A stretch of DNA of 64,000 nucleotides, taken from assembly GCA_951406725.2 (NCBI GenBank), contig OX597814.1:206584001-206648000 (forward strand). The letters are read 5' to 3'. Of the stretch, positions 26,268 through 39,550 are shown piece by piece; position 1 is the first letter of the stretch, and each line of letters begins with the position of its first letter. The notes under the pieces were generated by a model. It was not told the origin of the DNA and did not search any database. It saw nothing but the letters and a program-made list of their open reading frames with translations. Position numbers and translations under genes: made by a program. Source of the stretch: Octopus vulgaris (taxonomy: Eukaryota).

Positions 26268-29200
26268 TAAAAAATATATATTTATTTATTATGATATATG
26301 TACTAGCAATGCATCCCGGTGTTGCCCGGGTGTTATGATCTACAGCCACATTGTATTATTTGTTCCTTTCTTATGGGACTGTTATATAGTGAACTGGATT
26401 ACTGGTGTAATGAAAGTTATCGTTTGTTTAAAAATAATGGTCGGGAAAGGTTACAATCTGCATGGGTTTGCATGAAAGTGCTCTCTGTTTTTAAGAAAGA
26501 GCACAAACTATGTATTGTGTCATTGTATAAAAGGAGGTTAATATGATTTTGCCCTGAAATCGCGTTTTCAGAATTTTAATTTCCCCCCCCCCCCTCCCCA
26601 TCCCCACTGCACTTTCTTAATTTGTAACTTTTTTAATTTCTTATTTTTTTATCCATGTAGAAAGATACAGAGATTATGAATCTGGGAAATCTGTTTTTTT
26701 TAAAGTTTAATTTTTATCTTAAACATTCTCTCACCTTGCCCACCCATCACCTACCCACTTTCAAAAAGCTAAAGACACCCAGTGTTTCACTTCTGTCTGA
26801 TGTTTCATCCATGTGTAGAATTGTAAATGTAAAAAATATCAGACAACTACCAGAAAACCCAACATGCTAGAAACAACAGGTGAACAACATTAAACTTCCC
26901 TGCTTTCTAAAATGCTAAAAGTGAAACATTGGGAGGTTGTAGGTTTTTGAAAGTAGTGAGGTGATGGGTGGATGTTTGGGAAGGAGATTTTAGTGTTTCT
27001 TTAAGCAAAAAGAAATTCTTAAAGATTCGTACTCTCTGTTTGCTTTGGCTGTGGATTACCAAATAAAGAATTTCGAAAAAGTAAGAAATGAAGAAATTTG
27101 TGTGGGAAGGGAGAAAATTAAAATACTGAGAACATATTTTTGGGTGAAAGACTAATTTCCTGTATTGAAAACTTAACAATTGGAAGAAATTTAAGAAAAA
27201 AAAAATCAGGTGGGGGTGGGGGACACAAATGTCACCATGGACATGCTAGAAACAACAGGTAAAGGATAGGATTTCTGGGAGAACTTCCTTTTAAGTACAT
27301 ATCAAAGATCAGGTTTTTAAATACAGTCATCACAAACACAAATTAACGAATAGAAAAAGGTGATTTCAACTGGATTTGAGCTGTAATTTTGCGTGTGCAC
27401 ATAACAAGAAAAAACATAATTCATAGAGAAGTGTTGCCTAGAGTGTGTGTGTGCCAAAGGAAGTTATTTTATGATATTCTTTTGTTTGAAACAGGAAAGT
27501 TGTCAATTCAATCCTATGGTCTACCATATGGAATCATATGATTGTTTGTTAATTTCCATAAATTTTTTTTATTTCATTATGCTTTGAAGAGAGGAGAAAG
27601 TGGAGTGAAAAGGTGACATTTGCTTTGAAGTGAGAGCAGACAGTGAAAGATGTATGTACATATATATGAAATGGACATGTGTGTGTGTGTGTGCATGCAT
27701 GCATGTGTGTGTGAAAGAGGGAGTGAGTGAGTGAATGTGTGTTTTGTCATGCATGTTTTTTTGCATGTATGTGTAAGTGGCACTCACTCGGTTTCTCTCT
27801 CTCTCTCTCTCACACATACATGTGTGCACACTCATTATCTTTCATATTAACGTACATAAATACATATGCATACATCTTTTTTGTATATATGTGTGCATAT
27901 TGCATGGGAGAGAGAGAGAGAGAGTGAGTGACTGTATTTCCCCATAACCTATAGAGAAATGGATGTCTTTTGAGGTACACCACTCATATAGAAAATGTGA
28001 CTTCATTGTCATTGTGGCATGAAATGTTTATGATAGTTGAGTTATAGAAAAGATTATCATGTCAAATTTTTGTAATGCAAATATGTAAATGAAAATAATG
28101 TTTATTTGGTGGCCAAAAGATTAGTGAATCATTTAATACCTAATATGTCAAAATCAGCAACTTAGTTTTCAAATGTATATGGAACATATGCACACACACA
28201 CACACAAACTCTCATTTATATATAGATAGATATAAAACATAATATGTTAATATATCATTTTGGATCCTGGTGCAGCCATCTGGCTCGCCAGTCCTCAGTC
28301 AAACTCTCCAACCCATGCCAGCATGGAAAGTGGATGTGAAACGACGATGATGATACATATTATATATAACACATATTAAACAGGAACAATAGTTTTTTCC
28401 CCCTGATGCGATGGAATCTGTTTTCTGTACATCTTATTGTACCTGTGCATCTTCCACATGCACAAGCTATTTTCCCTGTTGACCTTCCTCTGATATTGCT
28501 GCCCCTCTTATATGTCCATAGCTTACACCAGGTACATCTTATGGAGTTTTTAGCAATGCCTTTTCTACAGATCCTGAAGGAATTTGTGATTTGTCTACCT
28601 TCCTACTTACTGAGAGTTTGGTTTTTGCTAGGTTTACTCTAAGGCCCTTTGATTCTAGACCTTGCTTCCGTACCTAGATATATTTATTATATATGCTGTG
28701 ACTGAGAAGACCCGGCAAATAAAGTGAGATCACAGCTGTAGCCTACACCAGTGTTGCATAACCAGCACACTCAAAAAGTACCTTGGATCGTAGGGCGACA
28801 TGCCATGCTTGAGGAGACCTATTGAGTCAAGTATATCAAAACCAAAATCAAATGGAAATTGTAATTGTGGCTGATGCCAGCGCCACCTGACTGGCTCCCT
28901 GTGCCAGTCACACGCAAAAAGCACCATCCGAATATGATTGATGCCAGCCACCTCGCTCTGACTGGCTCCTGTGCTGGTGGCACGTAAAAAGCACCATCCG
29001 AATGTGGCTGATGCCAGCACTGCCTTGACTGGCTCCTGTGTTGGTGGCACATAAAAAGCACCCACTACACTCTCAGAATGGTTAGCGTTAGGAAGGGCAT
29101 CCAGCTGTAGAAACATTGCCATGTCAGATTGTAGCCTGATGCGGCCTCTTGGCTTCCCAGACCCCGGTCGAACTGTCCAACCCATGCCAGCATGGAAAAC

Positions 29201-32200
29201 GGACGTTAAATGATGATGATTAACATATATTAACATGTATTAAACAGGAACATAAGAAGGCAAATATCTTTGCAGGTGGGCCTGAAATTCAAACTGAATC
29301 TAACAAAATTATGAAAGAAAGAAGGAGTGAACTGAAAACTGGAGAAGTAGTGTCAACTAAAGCTGGTAAACTCAAATGCAAGACTATCATTCATGCTGTT
29401 GGACCCGTTTGGAAATATGGAAGGGATCAGGAAATGGATTACCTTTCAAGAGCTGTTCGAAATTGTTTGGCAGTTCTTGAAGAAAAGTCTTATACATCAG
29501 TTGCAATTCCTGCCATCAGTACAGGTAAGAATTTACCATTTTAATTCTGTTCAAATTATTTGGTATAGAAATAAGAATTACAATATTCAAATATCTTCAG
29601 TTTGTTTCATTACTACTCTCTATCCATGCTGGAGCAGCACTGCCTTGAAGAATTTTTAGTCAAGTGAATCAACCTCAGTACTTACTGTTTTAAAGTATGG
29701 TACTTATTTTTCCATTGTTGGAATTCCCATTTTGATAGAAGTCCAGTCTTTGTTAAAGGTCTAGGTTTTGTTAGAAGCATCATTTTCCTTAGAAGTCCTA
29801 ATTTTCTCTGAAATCTCATTTGTGTTAGAAGTATCATTTTCCTTAGAAGTCCTAATTTTCTCTGAAATCTCATTTGTGTTAGAAGTATCATTTTCCTTAG
29901 AAGTCCTAATTTTATCTGAAATCTCATTTGTGTTAGAAGTATCATTTTCCTTAGAAGTCCTAATTTTCTCTGAAATCTCATTTGTGTTAGAAGTATCATT
30001 TTCCTTAGAAGTCCTAATTTTCTCTGAAATCTCATTTGTGTTAGAAGTCTCATTTTTGTTACAAGTCCTAATTTTATTACAAGTCTTATACTTGTTAGAT
30101 GTCTCATATTTAAGAAGGCTCATTTTTGTTAGAAATCTCTTTTTTCTTTCAAGTTTTCTTCACATTAGAAGTCCCATTTTTGTCCAAAATCCGATCTTTT
30201 TAAGAAGACCAAGTTTTCTAAGAATTCTTATTTGTGTTAGTAGTCCTATTTTCTTACAGGTCTCATTTTGTTAGTAGTCTCATTGATATATAGAGACCGA
30301 TTTTTGTTAGAAGTCTCATTCTGTGAAAAGTTTCATCTTTGTTAGACATCCCAATTTTGTTAGTGATTTCATTTTTGCTTGAAAATCCAATTTCGTTGCT
30401 TCAACTATCATTGTTGTTTGAAGTCCCATTTTTAGAAAAAGCCTCATTTTTGTTAAATATCTCATTCTTCTGGGAAGAGCCATTTTTCTTACAAATCTCA
30501 TTTTTAGAAATCTCATTTGTGTTACAAGTCTCATTATTGTTGGAAGTCTCACTTTTGTTAGAAGTCTCCCTTTTGTTAGAAGTCTCCCTTTTGTTAGAAG
30601 TCCTAATTTTGTTAGAAGTCACATTGTAATAAAAAGTCCCATTTTGTTGAAAGCTTCAATTATTGTAAAATGCCCAGTTTTTGTTACAGGTCACATTTGT
30701 GTTAGATGTTTCAATTTTATTACAAGTTTTTTTTCTGTTAAAAATCCTAATTTTCTTAGATGTTTCATTTGTGTTAGAAGACTCAGTTTTGTTAGTCTCA
30801 TATTCTTTAGAAGTCACATATTTATTACAAGTCTCATTTTTATTAGAAGTTCTAACATTGTCAAAAGTCTCATTTTTGTCAGAAGTTCTAATTTCGTTAA
30901 AAGTTTCATCCTCCTTAGAAGTCCCATTTCTGTCAGAAATCTAACCTTTGTAAGAAGACCCAATTTTCTAAGAGTTCTTATTTTTGTTAGTTGTCCCATT
31001 TTTGTTACAGGTCTCATTTTGTTAGCAATCTCATTCTTATGAGCAAATCCATTTTTCTTAGACATCTCATTGTATGAAAAAGTTCCATTCTCATTTTACA
31101 GAAGTACCATTTTTGCTTCACAACCCATTTTAGTTTGAAGTCCCATTTTGGTTACAAGTCTCATTTTTGTTGGAAGTCTCATTTATGTTAAAAGTTTAAT
31201 GTGGCTGTTGCCAGCGCCGCCCCGACTGGCCTCCGTGCCAGTGGCACGTAAAAAGCACCATCCAATCGTGGCCTTTGCCAGCCCCATCTGGCCTCCGTGT
31301 CGGTGGCACGTAAAAAGCACCATCTGATCATGGCCGTTTAGCAGCCTCGTCTGACACCTGTGCAGGTGGCACGTAAAAAGCACCATCCAATCGTGGCCTT
31401 TGCCAGCCCCATCTGGCCTCCGTGCAGGTGGCACGTAAAAAGCACCCACTACACTCACGGAGTGGTTGGTGTTAGGAAGGGCATTCAGCCGTAGAAACTT
31501 TGCCAGATCAGACTGGGCCTGGTGCAGCCTTCTGGCTTCCCAGACCCCGGTTGAACCATCCAACCCATCCTAGCATGGAAAACGGACGTTAAACGATGAT
31601 GATGATGATGAATTGTCAATATTTTCAGAAGTATAATTTTTGTGAAATGTCTCGTTTTTGTTAAAAGTCTCATTTTTGTAAGAAATCTCACTTTAGTGGG
31701 TAGTTTCATTTTTGTGAGAATTGTCATTATAGTAGTCTCATACTTCTTAAAAGTCCTAATCTCATTAAAAGTCTCATTCTTTAGAAGTCTCATATTTTAT
31801 TGAAAGTCCTAACTTCTTTCAGGATTTTATGATTGAAATGTTTTTTTATTGAGGAGATTTTACTGTAATCTTTATTTTCATTTTGTTCTATTTGAGGTGT
31901 CATGTTCATGTGGTATTTTTACAAAGTATAACTGTGGAATAAAATGTTATTGGAGTCTAGATTTTCCTTTGTCTGGGACAAGAAGAAAGTACTGTATAAG
32001 TCTACATACAATACTACCAAAATCATAAAATACTTTTCTTTTCTACTCTAGGTACAAGGCCAAAATTTTTGGGGAGGGAGTCAGTTGACTAGATTGACCC
32101 CAGTATGCAATTGGTACTTAATTTATCAACCCTGAAAGGATGAAAGGCAAAGTCAAAGCCTCAGTGGAATTTGAACTCAGAACATAAAGACAGATGAAAT

Positions 32201-35200
32201 ACCACTAGGCATTTCACCTGGCACGCTAACGTTTCTGCCAGCTCACTGCTTTATAAGTGTGCAAATATTAAACGTATGAGTATAAGGGAAATAATATTTC
32301 ACTCTTCAAATCCTAAAACCAAACGCAGTCACCATAGCCCCAAAGCCGTAATAATCATCAGGGCCATTAATACTGCCCAAAGTGTCACTATCTTCAGACA
32401 GAATGTCATCTTCTGTGCCACCTAATGCATTACTGATGCCACATTTTTGAAAAAGATCTTACTTCTACTTCCATTTTCTCCGCGTTCCATGATTTCAGGA
32501 CCCCTTTGCACACCTGAGCAATTGTTAGCCTTTTCAAACAATCTGTTGGTGTTAGGTCATGGTCCTTGGCTCTCATCCACTCATAAATGTCTTAAAAAGT
32601 TTGTTGTTTGATACATCCAGTTCTCATTTTTATTAGACTTCTCATGTATGTTAACAGTCTCATTTTTGTGAGAAGTCCTTTTTGGTTCAAAATCCCATTG
32701 TTTTTAGGAGTCACATTTTTCTCAGTAGTCCAAACATTGTTTGAAATTTCATTTTTTCAGATGTATCGTTTTTGTTAAATGTCCAAAATTATATCATCAT
32801 CATCATCATCATCATCATCATTGTTTAATGTCTGCTTTCAATGCGGGCATGGGTTGGATGGTTTGACTGAGGACTGGCAAGCCAGGAGGCTGCACCAGGC
32901 TCCAAACTGATTTGGCAATATTTCTACAGCTGGATACCCTTCCTAATGCTAACTACCTTGAGAGTGTGGTGGGGGCTTTTTACATGCCACCAGTATGGGG
33001 GCCTGTCAGGCAGCACTGGCATTGACCATGCTTGAATAGTGCTTTTTACATGTCGTGAGCATGAATGCCAATCAGGCAGCACTGGCATTGGTCATACTTG
33101 AATGGCGCTATTTACATGCCATCAGCTCAGGAGCCAGTCAGCCAGCACTGCCATCGATTGCGCTCAAACAGTGCTTTTTACATGTCACCAGTACAGGTGC
33201 CAGTCAAGTGGCACTGGAATTGGTCATGACTACGATTTCACTTGACTCAACAGGTTTTCTCAAGCACAACATATTGCCCAACGATTGAAGGGTACTTTTC
33301 AACGGGCCAGTTATGTGACACTGGCATCAGTCACAGCTATGATCTCACTTGGCTTTCTGGGTCTTCTCAAGCACAGCATATCTCCAAAGGTCCCGGTCAT
33401 GCTTCACCACATCATAATAGGTTTTCTTGGGTCTCCCTCTTTCACAGGTTCCCACCATTATTAGGGTGTGACACTTATTCACGCAGCTTTCCTCATCCAT
33501 ATGTAACACATGACCATACCAGCACAGTCGTTTCTCTTGCACACCACATCTGATGCTTCTTATGTTCAGCCTTTCTCTCAGGGTGCTCACACTCTGACAT
33601 GTATGCACACTGACATTACACATCCAGTGGAGCATACTAGCTTCATTTCTTTCAAGCCTACACATGTCTTCAGCAGTTACTGGCCATGTTTCACGGCCAT
33701 ACAGCATGGCTGTTCACATACAGGTGTCGTACAGTCTGCCTTTCACTCTGAGTGAGAGGTCCTTTGTTATCAGCAGAGGTAGGAGCTCTCTGAACTTTGC
33801 CCTGGCTATTCTTATTCTAGCAGCTACACTCTCAGAGCATCCACCTCCACTATTGACTTGGTCACCTACTTCTAGTTTTTCCCACTGGCATGTGACAGAG
33901 TCTGTTTTCTGTACATCTTCAGTGTGTATTGCACCTGTGCATCTTCCACACACAAAATCTATCTTCCCAGTTAACCTTCCTTTGATATTGCTGCACCTCT
34001 TATGTGTCCATAGCTTACACCAGGTACATTGTATAGAGTTTCAGAATTTCTACCCATGTCTTTTCCACAGATTGAACAGGGCTATCTACCTGAAGAGGTT
34101 TGTGATTTAACAGCCTTCCTACTTACAAAGACTTTGGTTTTTGCTAGATTGACTCTAAGGTTCTTCAATTCTAGACCTTGTGTTCACACCCTGAACTTCA
34201 TCACTAATTCTGGCAGTACCTCAGCTATTAGAGCAAGGTCATCAGTATAGAGGAGCTCCTAGGGGCAGCCTGTCTTGAATTCCTCTGTTATTGCCTGGAG
34301 AACTATGATGAACAAGAGGGAGCTAGGGACTTGATCCTTGGTGAACCCTCACTTTTACCCAGTATTCTTCACTATATTCATTGCCAATCCTTACCTTACT
34401 AATGGCATCTCTGGTTAAGGCCTGTACAGCTCCTATTAACAACTCATCAATCCCCAGTTTCTGTGTCGCCCACCAGATAAGGGATTGGGGGATCCTGTCA
34501 AAGGCTTTCTCCAAGTCAACAAAAGCCAAGTATTGGGGTTTATCTTTGGCTAGGTACTTCTCCTACAGTGGCCTCACCAGAAATATAGCATCAGTGGTGC
34601 TTCTATCTGGGACAAAACTGAACTATGTCTCATCTAAGAAGACTTTCTCCCTAATTAGTTGAGCTATAACCCTCTTCATGACTGTCATCACCTGATCCAA
34701 TAATTTGATACCCCTGTAGTTATTTCTATCTAGAGCATCACCATTACTTTTGTAGCAGTTGACTATGGTGCTGTTACAGCAGTCATTGGGTATGACTCCA
34801 TTATGAACTACCTGGTTTACAATGCGGGTGACTAGGCCATAGCCCACACCACCAGATGTTTTAAGCCTCTCAGCAGTGATTCCTGTTGGCCCAGGGGCTT
34901 TTCTTGACTTCATATCCTTAATTGCTTTATCTACCAAGGTGCTGTTTATTCGGGTAGCTGGTCCCTGAATTGGGTCACCATTTAGCAGGCTCTCCTACTC
35001 CCATTGATTCTCCACATTCAGCAGCCTTTTGTAATGGCTTTTCCAAGCCTTTTTATTTTGAAAATCATTAAAAGCAAGTGCACCATCATCCATGCAGACA
35101 CATTTCTCTCCTGTGACATCACAATTTTCTCTCACACACTGTCTTGCAATCTGAAATACTTCAGTTCTTTGGTCCTCACATTGCTGGACATTGGCAAACT

Positions 35201-37118
35201 TCTTCTCTTCTGCTTCATCCTTGGCTATGTATACCTGTCGCCCAGCTTCCCTTCAGCATATCTAGTACAGTTTCCTGCTACCCCTACTCTTATCAGCTTT
35301 TCAGGCCGGTTTCTTTGCTCAAATAGCCTTGTCTACTATATTATTCCACCCCCACATTACCCTTGGTCTGGAAGGGACTTTGCACCATCCACAGACTTGG
35401 TCTGTAGCACTCAGTAAGCTGTCCTGTAGGAATTTCCAGATACCTTCTATGTCGATGTCTGTAGCTCCTCTCTCTCTCTCTCCTCAAATTTCTTGATGAG
35501 GATGTCCCTAAATCTCTGACCATTTGAAGGGTTCTTTAGCTTTCAAATCCTTCTTTTTTGGTTTGGTCTGCTTCTTGGCATCCTTCTTGCCTTGAGTCTA
35601 AAGTCACAAATAACTTGTCTATGTTAGGGGGTACATTCTTCACCAGGGAGGGTCGTTGTATTTAAGAGCAGCCATGTATCCTGCTGTCTTATGAGAATGA
35701 AATCAATCTGGCTAGCAGAGTCATATGATTTATAGGTTGTAGAATAATAGGTTGCGTGCATCACAGAACTCCAGTAGCCTAGTTCCTTCATCGTTTTGGG
35801 TGCCAATACCATAGCTACTGTGGACACTATAGAAGATACCGGATTGCTGTCCGACATGCCCATTAAGATCTCCAGCCACAAAGATGATGTCATTGCCACT
35901 TGTCTTTGAGGTAGCTTATAGAAGGATCTCATAAGAGTGGTCCTTCTGTTCATTTGGTAGGCCCACTCGTGGGGTGTAGGCAGAGATAATTGTAGCTATA
36001 CTGTTCTGCAGGATTATCCTGAGCTTAAGCACTCTATTACACACCCTGACTACATCTATGACCTTATCCACCCATTTCTTTGCAAGGAGTATGCCCACAC
36101 ACCCTACTCCATCACTGTTATTCCCAGAAGATTTTATACATATGTGCCTTGCCTGTGAGGCTGAAACACCTCTCCACCTCACCTGATGTATTCAGCATAC
36201 ATCAATATGCCTTCATTCAAGCAGCTCTACAATCTCACTAGAGGTACCTTTCAATGTGCCAACATTGACAGTGACAACTCCAAAAACTGGGAAGGAATGT
36301 GGGAGGAGCCATGGGGAGGAGAGATGTTTTTCAGGGCCTAAAAGGAAGAAGGTTTCCGTGTTCATTTGATAGACGTGCTACACTTGTTCTCAATTTTGAC
36401 CTGTCATTATTCAAACCTTCAAGCGTGGAAAGCGACCCTAGCAGACGCCAAGACTGTGATATAAGAAATGTGTAAAGTTCTCATTAAAGACCTGTGAAAA
36501 GTGGGGATGACTGGGAGAGCAATGCTTGTTATTACTACAGTTGGAGGAAGCAGGTAAAGGAGGGAGTTGACATCTCTGAAAGAGCATGTATTCTTCATGA
36601 AGAATTTAAGTGTGCTGCTCAAAAGTACACTGCTAGCATAGTGAATGGGGAAAGTTTGGTCTGCAATGTTTATAGTCATGTATGTTTGTCAGGTGTAGGG
36701 CTCGTTAGTCACCAATGGAGCTGCAAGTGCAAAGTATAAGGTAGTCTTGAGCACACAATGTTCCTAAATGTCAGCAATGGTCTTCCTCAGTCACGAGTGG
36801 ACAGCCATCATACATATATGCATAGATATACATGTACATGTTTCATCATCATCATCATCATCGTTTAATGTCCTCCTTCCACGCTGGTATGGGTGGGATG
36901 GTTTGACAGGAGTTGGCCAGGCAGATGCCTGCACCAGACATCTGTGTCTGTTTTGGCAAGGTTTTTACAGCTGGATGATCCTTCCGAACATCAACCATTT
37001 TAAGTGGCACCTGCACTGACAGGGTCACTAAAGTAATTTGCAAGACAAAGATCTTTTGAGCGGGAAGGGGGCAGTAGAGGAGGGGATCTTGTGTCAGATG
37101 TTGAAAGGTTATAGAGAG

Positions 37119-37154
<36 letters not shown>

Positions 37155-39515
37155 TAATGAGGACAGAAGCAGGTGTGCTTCCACAAAGGAGAGCGAGAGA
37201 GAGAAAGCAGGATAGAGATGGTGTCAAAATGTCAGGTGTATTCATACAGGATGGGGATCAGAACATAAATGGGATGGTTGAGTGAAGGAAGAGAGAAATA
37301 TAGATGGTGGCCAGTGCCAGGGCATACCCTTGAGAGTTGAAGAACATACTATAGTGGCAGGACATTGCCAAAGAATTGTGAGTAGAGAGTGGGGAAGGAG
37401 AATGAGGTAGGGTGTGTGAAACTTTTCTTTTTAATGTGTGGGTGGAACACATAGGTCAGGTGTGGGAATTATAATGATACAGGGAACAGGACCCTGAGGA
37501 TAAGATTGAGGAGTGAGAGGTAAGCATAGTACATGAAAGAGGAAATTTGAGGAAGAGAAAAGATATAGTTAGGTTTGTTGGGGTAGGGTGTGTGAGAAGT
37601 TTTCTTGTTAAGTGTGGGTGGGACACACAGTGCTTCTAGAACTCAGTTTCATTGACATGGATGGGTCTTCTCAAGAACTTCATATTGCCACAAATCTCAA
37701 TCTATTGTCATTTCCTCTGTGAGGCCCAACGTCCTGAGATCAGTCCTCACCACTTCATCCCATGTCTTCCTGGGTCTCCTTCATCCATGGGTACCATCCA
37801 CAACAGTGATCAGCACTTCTTTATGCAGCTGTCCTCATTCATAAGCATCACATGTCCAAACCAATGTAGTCTTCTCTCTTGCATGCTACGTTTGGTTCCT
37901 CTTATGCCCAACTTTTCTCTCAATACATTTGCACTTTACTGTACATGTGCACTGTTGTTGCCCATCTAACAGAGCATACTATCTTCGTTTCTCTTTAGTC
38001 TATGTATGTCTTCTGCATTCAGAGCCCATGCCTCACTACCATGGTGTATAGCCATTCATACACAAGCATCATATAGTCTACTTTTCACTCTGAGAGAGTC
38101 CTTTTGTCGCCAACAGAAGTGGTAGTTCTCTGAACTTCCTCCACCGAATTCTTATTCTAGAAACAATACTTTAAGAGCATCCTCCACCATTGCTAATTTG
38201 GTCACCTAGGTAACAAAAGCGATCTAGAACCTCAAGAGAACCTCCTGGGTATTTGAGAGTATCTAAGTCCCGTGTGCTCTTAGTGCTTATTGTTCCTTCA
38301 CATCTACCACATACAAAGATGATTTTGTCTCTTAATCTACCTGTGATGCCACTACACCTGTTATATGTCCATAGTTTACACTGGGTGCAACAATTGAAAT
38401 TTCTTCCAACTCTTTTCCTACATATTAAACAGGACCATTTACCTGATGGAAGGAAAGTTTTTATCTTTTTTCTTAATAAGAACCACTTTTGTCATAGCTA
38501 GGTTAACTTTAAGGCCCTTTGACTCCAGGTCTTGTTTCCATACCTGGAATTTCTTCTCCAATTTTGCTAAAGATTCTGCAATATGAGCAAGGTCATCAGC
38601 ATATAGCAGTTCCCACAGACACCCAGTTTTGAATTTCTCTGTTATGGCCTGGAGAACTATAATGAATAAGAGTGGGTTGAGAACTGAGCCCTGGTAAACC
38701 CCTACCTGTACGCTAAATTCATCACTGTATTCATAGCCAACTCTCACCTTCCTGACAGTACCACTGTACATGGCTTGTACAGCTCTAACGAGCCACTCCT
38801 CTGCTCCTAACTTCCTTACAGACTACCATGTAACAGAGCGAGGAACTTTGTTGAAAGCTTTCTCCAGGTCGATGAAGGTCAAGTACAATTGCTTACTTTT
38901 GGCCAAGTACTTTTCCTGCAGCTGTCTCACTAGGAAGATGGCATCTGTGGTACTCTTCCCAGGCACAAAACCAAACTGCATCTCATCTAGTTTAATTCTA
39001 TTTCTAATCAAGCTATCACCCTCTCAGTAACTTTCATGACTTGGTTTAGCAGTTTAATACCTCTGTAGTTGTTTCTATCTAAGGCATCACCTTTACCCTT
39101 GTAACAGCTAACAATAATACTACTACACCAGTCGTTGGGGATGGTGACTTCCTGAATAACCTGGTTAACTATGCAGGTGACTAAGCTGGATCCTACACCA
39201 CCGGAAATTTTAATCATCGCAGCAGTGCTTCTTGATGGACCAGGTGCCCTCCCTGTCTTCATATCCTTAATTGTGTGTGCGTGTGTGACTGTGTTAGTAT
39301 CTGTTTGTCTTTTAATCACATGATATTTGTAAACAAGGATCACCATCATACAAGCAGTGTCTTCCGTTTCCAGTCTACAATGAAAACATGTCTGGTCATG
39401 GGGCAATACTAGCTTCCTTGGTGTGGGGGTGGGTGATAGGAATGTCACCTAGACATAGAAAATTTGCCTCAACCAATTCCACCTGAAACATGGAAAAGGA
39501 AACATTAAAACAATG

Positions 39516-39550
<35 letters not shown>

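Noticed and set aside
31200-31450. Palindromic repeat-spacer pattern resembling CRISPR
   Set aside because: The spacer halves are homologous to each other and the array is part of a dispersed retroelement 3' UTR.
36420-36830. Possible additional Penelope RT fragment
   Set aside because: Motifs are too decayed to support a call.
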